A DNA stretch of 64,000 nucleotides, taken from NCBI GenBank assembly GCA_004764695.1, contig SMSO01000004.1, forward strand, positions 496,001 to 560,000, read 5' to 3'. The notes under the pieces are model-generated. The model had not been told where the DNA came from and searched no databases. It worked only from the letters and a program-made list of their open reading frames with translations. Below are positions 28,314 to 40,654 of this stretch, piece after piece. The first letter of the stretch is position 1. Every line of letters starts with the position of its first letter. Source of the DNA: Schizochytrium sp. TIO01. Its lineage: Eukaryota; Protista; Bigyra: Labyrinthulomycetes. The position numbers were made by a program, and so were the translations under genes.

Positions 28314-29352
28314 GCCATCGGTCAACCTGTCTGCAACTGCGAGCACATATTTGCTCGAGATTATACCACAACGACAGCCATGGCAGAGCAGAGGAGGAGT
28401 GAGGTCCCTTTTGGCACTGCCTCCAGGAACAGCTAACCTGCACTCTCGCCAATCAGAGGTTCTTTCTCCCTGAGCCCATGGACTCTGTGGATGTTTGTGT
28501 GTGTATGTATGTATGGATGTATGTATGTACGTATGGATGTCGTCGTGAGCATAGCTGAAGCTTCGCGAGTTGACTTGACTGCCTCAGGTGTTCGTGAGTT
28601 CCACCGCTTTCCGTCTGCAGCTTCTCTTCGTCTCCATGTCCATCTCCATTTCTGACTCGACTGATTGTACAACGATGGATTTATCGATTGAGTGAGTGAG
28701 TGAGTCATAAGTAGATGATTGATCGATGGCGGTATTTCTGTGTTGGCACTTACGCTCAGTCCTACTGGCCGCTAGGCACCTGCTAGGCGCCTCCCAGTGT
28801 TCCCAGATGCATACATACATACAGATCGATCATTAGATAGATAGATCTACACAGATACGTCATATATCGTACAGAGATGGACAATCAATCATGTGATGCA
28901 TAGATAGATAGATGGATGAGACATAGACAGATAGATACATAGACTCATTCGCGCCCGTTTGGCTCTTTTCCCTCTGCTCTGACTCCACTTTCGGGGCCGC
29001 CATCGACGTTTCTGGCACCGCTGCCACTCACGAGTTGGCTGCCCACCCACGAGGAAGGGAGGCGCTGGTCCGCTGGAGCGAGCGTGTGTGGCCCATTGCT
29101 GCGGGCAGGTAGGCAGCAGACAGCAGACAGCAGACATACCTTCTCGCCAAGCCTCGAAGCCGTCGATGTCCTTCCTCTCCTCCTCGCGGATCTCAGATTC
29201 GCTCCCTCTCTCAAACAAACAAACAATCAAACAATCAAACAAACAAATGCGTAGATCAACAAATACATAGACCAACAAACAAACAACCAAAACAATCAAA
29301 GGAATTCATTCGTTCGCTCTCTCCGTTGAACCGCGTGCTTTCTTACTCATCT

Positions 29353-29463
29353 CAATGCAATGCAATGCAACGCAATGCAATGCAACGCAACGCAATGCAA
29401 CGCAATGCAATGTAATGTAATGTAATGCAATGCAATGCAACGCAATGCAATGCAATGCAATGC
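29353..29463. repeat. (AATGC/AATGT/AACGC)n pentamer microsatellite
   Basis: Directly visible. Confidence 0.95.
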
Positions 29464-30199
29464 TTTTTATAAAAAAGTGGTCTTCTTCTTTCTTTCTCTC
29501 TTTCTTTCTTTCTTTCTTTCTCTCTTAGTTTGGGCGCGGAGACACCGGACCTGGTAATGTCCGCACCGCGGGTTTCCCCCAGCTCGTTCCAGGTAGAGGG
29601 CCGGCTAGGGGTTTGGGTAGGAGTGGGGTGTACTCTTAGCGCGTCAAAGGAATTCGCATCGACGGAGCAGCAGCAGCAAAACTCGCTGCCCCGAGGGAGA
29701 AGAACCCCCCGAGTGCAGGCGAAGGAGCAGCGAGGAGTTGGACGATGCTCTGGGAAAGCGATGGAAATCGAATCCAAACTTGGGGAGCGGCTCTGCAGAC
29801 GAGAAGCACCGCATTGCATCGGGGTGGAGCGCAAATAATAAGCACAATTAATGCTTGCAACAGCCAGCTAAAAAGAAGAATTTGAAGAAAAGAGATTACG
29901 GGTGCTAGTGTTTTGGATAGATAGAGATAGTAGTACCCTGCCTTATCATTACTATGGAGAGGGAGGCAAATCAATCAAGAAAGTTTTAGTTTTTTAGTTG
30001 TTTTTTTTCTAATAAACAAAAGTAGGAAGAAAGAATAAAAGAAAGAAAGACAGACACACGGCTCCTGTGGCTCCGCCTACTTTTGCGCCAGACCCGCATC
30101 GTGACGCTCTTCTTCTCCGTCTGGACATCCCTGCGGCGTCTGCTGGTGCCGAGCTGTGTTTGACTCTGTCTCACCTCGCATCCCACTAACCTCGCCACC

Positions 30200-32329
30200 A
30201 TGTCGAGCAACGAACTCGCTGCCCTCGAGGCCGCGGATTATGAGAACAGCAAGCGCTGGTTTGCGGGCTCTCCCTCCAAGGACTCTGCGCGCGACCTTCT
30301 CTCCGGAATGATCTCAGGGTAAGTTAGTTGTCAGGTTCATGTCACGCCAAACAAGGAAAGAAGGCATTGCCAGTATTTGCTTCTTCATAAACATCAGCAA
30401 CAGCAGACGAAACCTGAGACGTTGAATTGGACCACGACCCCAAATCAGACCATGTACAGTCTAAGAATGAGCTAAAGCATGTTGCTCTCGACTGAAAACC
30501 CTCTACACCGAATGAGGATGCTATCAGCTTGAGCCTTTCTTAGCTGTGCCTGCCACCTGCTTACTTGAGATGGACTATGATTGCTCTCATCGCAGAATCC
30601 CTTTTGTACTTTGCTTTGGCTCTTGGTTTATTATTAGACCGTTGTTTAGATTAGTCGCGCAGATCAAATGCAGCAATCTGTCTTGCTAATGCTTCGTCGC
30701 AATATCTAGATATTATATCCTTGCTGTACTTCAACTACATGATGAAAGGGAAAATATCATAATGAGGAACATTTATCCAACCCAAGAGCTGGTGGCGCTG
30801 ATCTCAGCAATATTGATTGAGCAAGCAAACAAAACAGAGGTTATACATTCTGTTGTCAAGGTGGGAACGAAGATGTGGAAAGCATATCAATTAATAAAAC
30901 GCACGGATGTACTCACATGGTTCTGAACTGCTGCTTTGGTGACCGGTGTATTTGGTTAATATCTGTTATTTTACACATCACTCACATTCCTGGCTTGATT
31001 CATAACTGTGTGCCTTGAATAATTGTCATTGGCGTTCGCAAATTTTGCTTGTCAATTTGTTCGTTATGCGTGTCTCTTTGCCCAACTTCAACATGCGGTT
31101 CGTCGCGTTTTCGATGTTCTTATGTGTCATCGGTTTTTCTTCCTTTGCGAATCATTTTGCATGGCAATTGGATTTGGGGGGGCATCGTGCTGCTTGATAT
31201 GATAAAACAGTTTCTTTTGCAAGATTTTTGAGTATCCTATGGATACTATTAAGGTATTGCAGCAAACAGGCGGGAAAGGCGAATTTAACGGTCCTGTAGA
31301 TGCCTTTATGCGTACATTCCAACGCGGTGGCGTGCCTGCCCTCTACCAGGGCTTAACCAGCCCTCTTCTTGGCGCCATGGCCGAGAATGCAACCCTCTTT
31401 GTTGCTTATGGCGCCATGAAAAATGCCCTTCAAGTGAACCCTGAGCCTACCTTGAGTAACCCTGTTCCCATGTGGAAGTATCTCGTGTCGGGCGCTGGAA
31501 GTGGTATTTTCTCTGCCTTTGTGCTCACCCCGGTGGAGCTGGTCAAGTGCCGTCTGCAGATTCAACAAGCCGGCACCGATCGCCTTTACAAAGGACCGAT
31601 TGATGTGGTGACCAAGACTGTTAAATCAGAGGGAATCCAGGGTCTTTGGAAAGGTAACCTGAGCTGCCTTGCCCGCGAAATCCCGGGTAACATGGCATGG
31701 TTTGGTGTATACGAGATTGTTCGCAACCAAATCCAAACAAAACTTAACGTAAGTTTCGATGAATTGAAGGGCTTTAAACTATATCTAAAGGACGGGATTC
31801 TCACATATGCAATGAAATCATGTTTTACATAACAATACAGATTGAGAGGCAGAAGGATTTGCCACTCTACTACATTGCACTTTCTGGTGCTTGCGCAGGT
31901 GTGGCTTACTGGGCAGTACCTTACCCAGCTGATACTATGTAAGTACATGTTTAAATGGGGCTAGCTAGCCCAAAAGGTTATATGCACTCCCATTTCATAC
32001 TTCGTGCAGCCATCTTCTACAAAAATTAGTCTATAGCTATCACTGTGAAGAAGATGATGATGGCATGAAAATGGCTATTTTGGAGAATCGAGAACTGACA
32101 AAATATTATGTGTACTGAATATTAAACTTGTTACAGTAAGAGCATGATCCAAACCAATCCTGCATTCTCTGGTATGAGCTTTGCAGAAGCTGGACGCACC
32201 ATTCTCCGCTCCAAGGGTATTGGTGGTCTGTACAATGGTCTTGCCATTACTTGCATGCGTGCTGCGCCATCACATGCTTTGATCTTTTACTTCTATGAGT
32301 TGACGAGCGGATTTCTTGCTAATGTCTAA
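30200..32329 (+). CDS. Mitochondrial carrier, ornithine/basic amino acid or carnitine carrier-like (SLC25A15/A20/A29 group); exons 30200-30318, 31211-31748, 31841-31938, 32137-32329
   Basis: Three canonical signatures: YPMDTIKV, TPVELVKCRLQ and YPADTIKS. Also LYQGLTSPLLGAMAEN, AREIPGNMAWFGVYE and MRAAPSHA. All three GTAAGT...CAG introns phase-checked (phases 2, 0, 2). Confidence 0.92.
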
Positions 32330-33347
32330 AAGGACATCGAACGCATGCTGGGAAGAAAGAAAGAAGTCGGGTGACTTTTGTCATTGACGGTAAAGGAAGC
32401 ATATTCGCCCGCAACATCATTTGAGGCTTCTTTCTAGTCACAGCTTCTTATCGGGAGTCAAGAAGATAACATCATATATGTAGGGCCTAGTTTAGTTTAC
32501 TTTAGCGAAAGGATTAAGCGAATGGTGCGTTCATAAGAGTAAAGCAGCGACAATTAAATGCTTGAGAATAATCAGGATCTACTGTTGACCTTGACCATCA
32601 TGTTAGATAAATGGCATACCCATCACATAGTAAGAAAATTTCCACGCTGTTCTGTTGTTTAAAAGTGAATTATTCTTCGAATGTATACACACCTAGATAA
32701 ACTTGCATGCTGGACGATGAAAGAAGACTTTTCTGCATAAAACTTGTCTACACAGTGTGTTTGCCATGACAATTCGAATTTGTACTTTTCTTTGAAACAG
32801 AAAGAAAGAAAAATCGAAGGGATTGAGAAACTTGATAGTTTATGGCTGGCTAACTTGTAGGTTGTAGCACAACGTTTATTAATCTTAAAAGAATGGGTTT
32901 CTTTAGTGGTAGTAATTTGCTAATTTGTTTGGAGAAGGGAATGGGGTTGCGAAGTAACACGGCGGTCATCAAGAACTGATTTCCTTTTGACCTTAGTGTG
33001 ATGTTTTGTGTTTGTGGTACCTACTAGGGCTAGAAGGAATATATTTGTTGAAAGTGGCTGTGGAGGTTGACTGATAGCATGAGCTTCTCTTCGTCTTCTT
33101 CTTCTCCTTCTTCTTCTCTATTATGACTGGGTCCTGGTGACGGCGATCTTGTTGTCACAGAAGCAACTACATTTGATTGATATAGGTAAAGGCAGGTGGC
33201 TTCTTCGGACGGTAACAGTGACAGGGTGGTGAACGCAGAGCAGAACAAAAGCAAAGGGAAGTAGGGTAAGAAGATCGAGATCTATCCATGCATTTTGCAA
33301 GAATGCAATAAAGAGGGGAGTTTGGCTACTATTGCTTACCAATTCAG

Positions 33348-35255
33348 TTAAGCAGCGATCTTCTTCTTCTTCTTAGAGCGCTTCTCTTCGACGGGGGCCT
33401 CCTCGTCGTAGATCATAGAAGGCGCAGCACGGTCGGCAGCAGCCTCCTCGTCACCTTGTGCGGTTTGGAGAGCGACCTGTGAGAGAATAAAGTCGAGACG
33501 GCCAGAGAGTTTGAGAAACTTGTTAAAGACAGCAAGGCGGGCATCGATGACTTGATACAGAGCGCCAAGAACGTCAGGCAGATCGGCCACCTTAACGAGG
33601 TTCATGGCATGCTGCTCAAGAACCGCTCTGATCCACAAAAGCAGCGCCTGCCCACGCGCGGGGCGTGCCTCCAGCTTCACGACCACAGCATTGAGGAATT
33701 GTACAGCACGGCGCGGTGTCAGACGCTGCACTGTAGCGTCAATCACCTTCTTGTCTTGGTTCCTGAGGCAAACCTCCAATAACTGGTCGTCGTTACTCTG
33801 CAGCGCTTGCTCAAGCACAGTACTCAGCGATCCTGCAGTTCCTGGCTGGTCCCTCTGACGCTTCCTCCTTTTGCTGTTTTCGCCGTCTTCTCCTTCCTCG
33901 CTATCGCTATCGCTGTCGTCGTTGCCAACACTCTGGACACGCTCCTGAAGCGCCGCAGTAAGCTCGCGTACCCTTTCGCCGAGAGTACGCTCATCCTCCT
34001 CGTCCTTGGCCTCCTCATCCTCATCTACGCCGTTCATCACGCGTGGGTTAGCGAGGCCGGTCTTGCTGTCCTTGACAACATGAAGTTTCTCCTTGGCGGC
34101 GGCCTTCTCCTTGCGCTTCTCCTCTACGTCCTCCATGTCTTCGTCATCATCATCATCGATAATGACACCTCCCTTCTGGAGAAGACGCGTGCTAGACGAG
34201 ACGTCAGCCAGCTCCTTTTTAGCGGGCAGCTCGTCAACCTTGAGTTTTTCGAAGACAGGTCTCAGAGAAGTGCTGCGCGCAAGCACAACCTGCTCCTCTC
34301 CCTCATCGGCAAGCACGTTCGCGCACACAGTCCTTCCGGATGCCGGTGTGAGGATCTCATGGTCAGGTGTGGCCTGGGCCTTCTTAGCTGCGCTGCTTGC
34401 CAGGCTTGCACGGCACACTGCGGTGCGACCATCCTCGCAGCAGGCGCTCAGCAGAAGCGCCTTCTTCTTGCCCACCATGGCAAGCGACACCGGCGGGCTG
34501 GCCAGTGCAAAGGTAACAGCGGGGTCTCTTACGAGCGGTGTGGAGGCCTCGTCGTCCTCGTCTTCATTCTCGTTCTCAGAGGCCTTCTTCTTGGCGCTCT
34601 TACGGGAAGAGGTGAGCTTCCACAAGCTTACGACACGGTCCTCACAGCTGGAGGCGAAGCAGGAGGCATCCTCAGCAAAAACGAGGCTGCGCACGGGCGT
34701 AGAGTGGCCCGCGAAGCGCTGAAGACGGGTTCCACTCTCGAGGTCCCAGAGCTTGATGCCGGTACCTGCCGTGAGCATACGCTTGCCGTCGCTGCTGACG
34801 CAAAGCTTGGCACAGCCGGACTTTCCAACCTTGAATTTGCGGCCAACCACGCCAGCACCCTCCTCGAGAAGAAATTCGTAGACGTAGCGGCTCTGAGCAC
34901 CGCATGCGAAGAGACGTGAGGCATCTGCAGAAAAGCACACGTCGGCGACGGCCTCCGCAACGGAGGTGTTAGGCACCTGCACGCCGCTCAGAAGGCGCGA
35001 GCCGTCAGCCATGTTCCATACAGACACCTGGCCATGCGAGTTGCCGGTAGCCACAAGCTGCTTGGATCCAGAGCACTGGAATGCCATGCAGGAGTAACGC
35101 TGGGTCAGGTGGTCCTTCTCATGTTGCGTCTGCTTCTGGGCACCTGTTGCCACGTCCCAGAGTGCGATGCGGTTGTCAGAAGTCACCTGTACGAAGGCAT
35201 CGCCACTCTGGTTGAAGGCACAGAGAGCGCGACCATCGCTGCGGAGGTCACCCAT
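33348..35255 (-). CDS. WDR43: WD40-repeat t-UTP/SSU processome protein WDR43/UTP5
   Basis: N-terminal WD40 repeats (DNRIALWD, GQVSVWN, IKLWDLESG..LQRFAGHSTPV). C-terminal Utp12/Dip2-type domain GSLSTVLEQALQSNDDQLLEVCL...IDATVQRL...WIRAVL...LSGRLD. Acidic tracts and a basic NLS-like tail. First ATG at 35255. Confidence 0.9.
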   Translation of the reverse strand: MGDLRSDGRALCAFNQSGDAFVQVTSDNRIALWDVATGAQKQTQHEKDHLTQRYSCMAFQCSGSKQLVATGNSHGQVSVWNMADGSRLLSGVQVPNTSVAEAVADVCFSADASRLFACGAQSRYVYEFLLEEGAGVVGRKFKVGKSGCAKLCVSSDGKRMLTAGTGIKLWDLESGTRLQRFAGHSTPVRSLVFAEDASCFASSCEDRVVSLWKLTSSRKSAKKKASENENEDEDDEASTPLVRDPAVTFALASPPVSLAMVGKKKALLLSACCEDGRTAVCRASLASSAAKKAQATPDHEILTPASGRTVCANVLADEGEEQVVLARSTSLRPVFEKLKVDELPAKKELADVSSSTRLLQKGGVIIDDDDDEDMEDVEEKRKEKAAAKEKLHVVKDSKTGLANPRVMNGVDEDEEAKDEEDERTLGERVRELTAALQERVQSVGNDDSDSDSEEGEDGENSKRRKRQRDQPGTAGSLSTVLEQALQSNDDQLLEVCLRNQDKKVIDATVQRLTPRRAVQFLNAVVVKLEARPARGQALLLWIRAVLEQHAMNLVKVADLPDVLGALYQVIDARLAVFNKFLKLSGRLDFILSQVALQTAQGDEEAAADRAAPSMIYDEEAPVEEKRSKKKKKIAA

Positions 35256-37228
35256 GTTTATACCGAAGATTGATTCGGTGCCACGGAGCAAGAGTAAGAG
35301 AGGGTCTCGGAGCAAGAAGTTTAGACACGGCAAGCCTGAGCCACCGGTTCGAGCTCTGGATGAAGGTTACTCAAGCGAGCCAAGTACGTAAGCTTGCAGA
35401 GATATGAATAAATGTGCAGAGGAGACGATGACGCTTGGCCTGCCTCTATGCGAGCAGGACTTTGCCACCGTCAAAGCAGCTCCTCAGCCGCCACACCTCA
35501 GCAATCTGGCAAGCTAAGGGAATTTAGCTCGCAAGCAGTTCTGCGCAGTATAGCTGTCCAATCAACCACTCACTCACTTCACCTTATCCCTTTACTTCCT
35601 TCCTTGTCTAGTCATCATATAGGACTTACTACTCTTGCCCTCTAGGCAATACTATGGTGTTACACCATAATACTAAGCACTAGCCTCCTCATAGCATATT
35701 AGCATATACATGAATAATTATTCAATACATTCTATGTGTTATGATTTATGTTTGGTTGTTTGTTTCCATAATCTTCGACTGCTCGCTTACTTACAATCTT
35801 CGAAACATATTAAGAAATGAACCCCATGGGAGAGGAGACGCATCTTCGCTGCTTAGAGATAGTTGGCTTCGATTTCCACAATACCTACTAGTACGTGTTG
35901 CCCTGGCATGCGATGGGGATAGTAGATGGTCCTCATCGCATTCTTACTAGAAGGTAGGTATATCTATCTATCCATCTGCCTATGTCATAGCTCCAACCAG
36001 TCATCTCGCCTAGTTCTAGTAGCGAAACTGAGATAAAAGAAAGTGTGCGCAACGCAAAGTTCGACTGCCAACCCTTGGGAGCCTGAGGTGGAGACTGACT
36101 TATATCCTCAGAAGTCCAGCAGAATCAACAAGTTATTGGCACTTGGCCATAATTATATCTGCTTTTCTCAATTCTATATGCAAGGAGGTTCTGTTGAAAA
36201 TTAATAATACATGTTAATTCTGGATAGATATCTTTAGTGCGGGGAAACTAGGCAAACGGAGAATGTATCTGGTTGAACGTCTTTTGTTTTCTCTTTATTT
36301 GTTTGTTTGTTTGTTTGTTTCTTCCTTCCTTCCTTTCGAAGAGCACATAGTTGCTAGATTGACGAAATAGCAAAGCGACATATCGAAGAATATACTACAT
36401 AGAGGTTGTATTCACGAACCAACAAATCTATTTTAAGGCACTAAGGTGCGACGCAATTTATGTTTCCAGAGTTTCTGCATAAGTAGAGGGAGTTTAAATA
36501 ATAGCATCTGGTAGGAGAATTTGAGTGAGTTATTTGACGACATGAATTCGTACGTATTCCAAAACGGACTCGTAAGATGATCGTCTAATCTAAATATGTG
36601 ATAGCACGAACCTCTGTATCTGGATGAGTTTTTGTTAAGCAACTCACACCATTGCATGCATACTATTGTTATGTATTTAGGTTTTTGAAAATGGATAGAA
36701 CGAAATAAAATGTGGACATCTGCTCAGCGCGCATTTTACTTTTTATATTCCTTTACTGGTACGATCAAAGGTCATAGAGCAGAACTACTTTTACAGCAGC
36801 GTGAATCAAACAAGTTACACCAAGAAACGGGGGAAATAGTTTCATACAAAAACATTTCCATGATCAACTGTTCATTCTTCTATAGAACAGCGCTTTCTAT
36901 AGTCTGACTTGTGTAAACTGAAAGCACAAGAGAGAATATCTATGCACATTTTTCTTACCTTTACAATCATTCAATTTCTAAGTTTTGAAAAATATGAGTG
37001 ATATGTATCACGTATTTACATAGAATATGGTAGGATTCGACTCATTAGAACAAAGGCAAGAAGACAACTATCAGGTGCAAGCGGAAAAGATTTCATCTTC
37101 CGTGGAGTTTTTACATAGTGTCAGTCGCACTAGAGGCAGCCGCAACTAAACCTGTGTTGTACCTCTGTGTTTGCAACAAAGACTGTGACATACGGAAAAG
37201 TAGTCTGGAGCTGCCGTTGTGCTGTGCC

Positions 37229-37981
37229 ATGGCTGCAATCAGTGAAGCCGGTGACACCTGTGGCGAACTTGCCCAAGATGAGGACGAGAAAGTGCTCTCC
37301 CTTCTGCAGAGTGTTGAGCGCACTGTTGACCTACAAAGAGAACTACAACGAGTTCTTCGGAAAGGCTTTGTTGAACTTTCGAGCGCAAAGTTTTCAAAAG
37401 GTCTCGGGGGCGCTACGTTCATTTCTCCCGATGGCTTCCCCAACGACGCAAGTGCAGTGCGGGTCGTTGATGCACTTGAACCAAGAGCAGATGCCCCTGA
37501 ACTTATGTCACTAAGACTTCGCACCGTACTACCAAAACCTTCATCTAAAACCCAAGCGCCAATCCACAAAACACCAGACGAATTCTCAAGCAGCACCGGT
37601 ATTCGGCAACGAAAAGTTAGTGAACAACAGAACAAGTCAACAAAGCAACAAAACAGTTCTCCTATTAGCGACGTACCAACCAAGAGCACTTCAATCCAAG
37701 AGCCCACTCAAGTACCAAAAGACGCTGTTTATCGATGGCTTCGAATTGCTCCTCGCAACCAGCTCAAAAAGTCCCAAGATGCCTTCATACAATCATTGGG
37801 ACTGATCCTTGAACTTGCAGAGCAAAATATGCAAATCAGGAAACTTTTGTTACCGCCCTCCAGTGAGAATTTGGAGTCTTCAGACTTAGCAGCTGCTACG
37901 AGATCAGGACCTCCATCAGACAAAACTAAAGATCCTACTTCTCAGCCACAATCCCCATCTCCATCTAGTAAGCAAAAATAG
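37229..37981 (+). CDS. CCDC115: Vacuolar ATPase assembly factor VMA22/CCDC115-like coiled-coil protein
   Basis: N-terminal helix LQRELQRVLRKGFVELSSAKF and C-terminal DAVYRWLRIAPRNQLKKSQDAFIQSLGLILELA match the two conserved blocks of CCDC115/Vma22, separated by a low-complexity linker. Confidence 0.75.
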   Translation: MAAISEAGDTCGELAQDEDEKVLSLLQSVERTVDLQRELQRVLRKGFVELSSAKFSKGLGGATFISPDGFPNDASAVRVVDALEPRADAPELMSLRLRTVLPKPSSKTQAPIHKTPDEFSSSTGIRQRKVSEQQNKSTKQQNSSPISDVPTKSTSIQEPTQVPKDAVYRWLRIAPRNQLKKSQDAFIQSLGLILELAEQNMQIRKLLLPPSSENLESSDLAAATRSGPPSDKTKDPTSQPQSPSPSSKQK

Positions 37982-38632
37982 ACCCAAGGTTTACATTCTT
38001 CTATAGTCTAGGTGGTAGACAAGGTCACTTATGCTCATCGAGCTATACATCCATACACTATGTCTACATGTACGCTTACGAATAAATCTGTTTTTGTTTT
38101 AAAATATAGATCAGGATTTCCCAAGTACATATTCTGATATAATTCCAAGATTAATTTTCCGTCTCAACCGAAAACAAATATGAACCCAGCACAAAATATT
38201 TTTTTATCGTGTATATCTGTTTGTCACTTAATTATGTTTTGCTAGGCTTGAACCCATCGATGGTACATTCTGATGCGCTTGCTTTCTCTCTACAGTATTA
38301 CTCACAATCGACTGTGTGTGGAGTCTCTACTGAGCTGATGACGCTAACCTCTGAGCAGGACGCTATAAGACAAGCAAGATAGCCATAAAGCTATTATTTT
38401 GCGTGAGAAACTAGGTCGAAGGTAATCTAAGCTGTAATTGCCCAATCGCTATTATTCGCTCTCGCAAGAACATTAGAAACCGATAGTAAAACATGTCATT
38501 TAGTTCATCGGCCCACTGCACAAAATAAGATGCGAAAAATAGTGTTATAAATACATCTTCATGTTTTAAGAAGCAAAACCCATCATCAACTATCCTCTGG
38601 TTTGTCACTGAATTGAAAAAATCTCCGGAGCA

Positions 38633-40654
38633 TTATTTTTTGCGCTTGCTACTGGAGGATGATTTACTTGATGTCTTTTTGCACTTGATCCAAGGCTTAA
38701 GTTTATTTTTGGCGCATGGATCTGCAGGCACCAAATCTGGATGCCCCGGATTCTTGCATTTATAGAGATCCTCCTGCGTTGCATTCCTAGAGTCGAGGAA
38801 GCCCCACGGAGAAAACTCCACGTCACGATCCCTACCACGGGAAGATGAAAGACTGAATGCTCCTGCCACAAGTCCAGCATGCGAAAGAATGGCCAAACCC
38901 ATCTCTGCAGCCACTGGGCGAATGTCAGAGCCTGCGTCTGCCGCCATCTTAGCACGCAACTTTTCCTTGCGTTGCTGGGCGATGCTTCCGCCGCTCCCGC
39001 CACCATCTTCATCATCGTCATCAAAGCTCTCACCACGGAGTTTAGCTTGTCTTCGTGCTTCGATGAATGCCTTCGACGAGCTTGTTTCAATCATTAGTGG
39101 ATAAGGTATGAGCGCATCATAGAAAGCCCAATCAATTGAAATGCCTGAGGACGAAATTTCAAGCGTTTTTCGACGAGGTTTGAAGGAGTACTCTCCGTGG
39201 CCAACTGAGTTCATCTGCTGGCACAAATGACGCCCCATTGCTGAGTGCGCACGTTCAACCTTCGGTGAGACCTTGCAGTAATTGCGAGGCTGTAATACAC
39301 CTCCAATACAACAATGAACAGCTATTAAACCTGACACGGCGGTAGCAAGTCGACGTTTTTTCATTAGTGCCCTGCGTACTCGTGCATCCTTTGCAAGAGA
39401 ACCAGGTACTTTGGCTCCAGTAATCCAATCACGAAACGCCCGAGTTTCGGCAGCTTCGAAAGGTTCAGCCCCCATGTATACCTCGCTTTCCGTCCACGTT
39501 TGACCATGGCCCCAAGTAAAACCTTTGGACCCCCAGTTCCGATTCAGGTCAATTCCAATTGAGCCATCTGCATTTTTTTGACGATTCTTTCGCCAGAATC
39601 GTTTTTGTTTTTCTTCCTCGCTGTCACTATCAGGCTGAGCAGAGAAAGTATAGGCATATCCATCAGGATTAACAATCGGTACGAACCAAAGATTCACAAG
39701 CTTTAGAAGCGACGATGGGTGGGGAAGTGACTCTTCGCTTTCTAAGGATGCAAGTTCCCCATTTAGAATCTGGCGCATAGCCTCACTAAGCGACATAGGA
39801 ACCATCCACTCGCGACCATGTTCCGTGCCAAGCACCACAATGTTAGGGTTTGTGTTGGGCTCTGTTGAGAAAGCTAGGCGCAGTGCAACAAGTGAGCGGC
39901 CCTCAGCAGAAGTTCCAAACTGTCCTAAGCTAACTTGGTTTGGAAAAGTTTTTTGCAACCACTCAAAGTAGAGAAACATTGCATCGAGGTCTCGAAATTC
40001 ATCAAAGAAGGCTCCTGACTTAGTGCTGCCATTATCATTAAATGAATCACGAAGTAATGCCTCTGTGGCAGTGCGCAAAGCCGCCTCGTTACTCAAGGTG
40101 GACTTCTTTTTTTTCTTAGTTGTCGAGGAAGATGCAGCACTTGAAAAAGGCTCTAATCCCTCAAGCAAGACATCTCCATAGTCCTCTTTGAACTTGGCGC
40201 GTTTCGGTGAGATCTCAGCATTACGTAATATGAATGTTTCACTAGGAAGTTTATCTTTAACGATTGACAATGCTGCACGTGGATTTTTGGAATCCTCGTC
40301 TTCACCCACATCATCCTCCCCAAGCATTGTTGTAAACCCTGAATGAAAAGCGGTTGAAGATGATGCACTTGTCCCACTAGAGGAGGGTCTTGACATGAGC
40401 ATATACAAAAATATCATACTCATCAGAACCCCTACAGCAAAACGAATCTGACGATTAAGTGGTGTCTGTGTCCACAATCTACGAACCTTTGTTTGCCAAA
40501 GTTTCAATTTGCTTCGAACACCAAAAGCCTGGAACTCGTCGCCTCCAGAGTCGTCTGTGTGATCTTCAAGATCCTCATCTTGGCTCGCAACCGTGCGACT
40601 TCCTGCCTGTACACGGCGCTTGGCACGTTTATCACGCCGCGCTCTCGCATCCAT
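38633..40654 (-). CDS. M14 zinc carboxypeptidase (CPA/CPT-like) with a type II membrane anchor
   Basis: HGREW (Zn ligands), PIVNPDGY, FWRKNR, GIDLNRNW, YMGAEPFEAAET, AVHCC (third Zn His), SGISIDW and MIE (catalytic Glu equivalent). TM helix FAVGVLMSMIFLYMLM. ATG at 40654. Confidence 0.9.
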   Translation of the reverse strand: MDARARRDKRAKRRVQAGSRTVASQDEDLEDHTDDSGGDEFQAFGVRSKLKLWQTKVRRLWTQTPLNRQIRFAVGVLMSMIFLYMLMSRPSSSGTSASSSTAFHSGFTTMLGEDDVGEDEDSKNPRAALSIVKDKLPSETFILRNAEISPKRAKFKEDYGDVLLEGLEPFSSAASSSTTKKKKKSTLSNEAALRTATEALLRDSFNDNGSTKSGAFFDEFRDLDAMFLYFEWLQKTFPNQVSLGQFGTSAEGRSLVALRLAFSTEPNTNPNIVVLGTEHGREWMVPMSLSEAMRQILNGELASLESEESLPHPSSLLKLVNLWFVPIVNPDGYAYTFSAQPDSDSEEEKQKRFWRKNRQKNADGSIGIDLNRNWGSKGFTWGHGQTWTESEVYMGAEPFEAAETRAFRDWITGAKVPGSLAKDARVRRALMKKRRLATAVSGLIAVHCCIGGVLQPRNYCKVSPKVERAHSAMGRHLCQQMNSVGHGEYSFKPRRKTLEISSSGISIDWAFYDALIPYPLMIETSSSKAFIEARRQAKLRGESFDDDDEDGGGSGGSIAQQRKEKLRAKMAADAGSDIRPVAAEMGLAILSHAGLVAGAFSLSSSRGRDRDVEFSPWGFLDSRNATQEDLYKCKNPGHPDLVPADPCAKNKLKPWIKCKKTSSKSSSSSKRKK

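Noticed and set aside
28136-28318. Poly-Gln ORF MAQQQQ...
   Set aside because: Explained by a (CTG)n microsatellite; short, with no domain or splice support.
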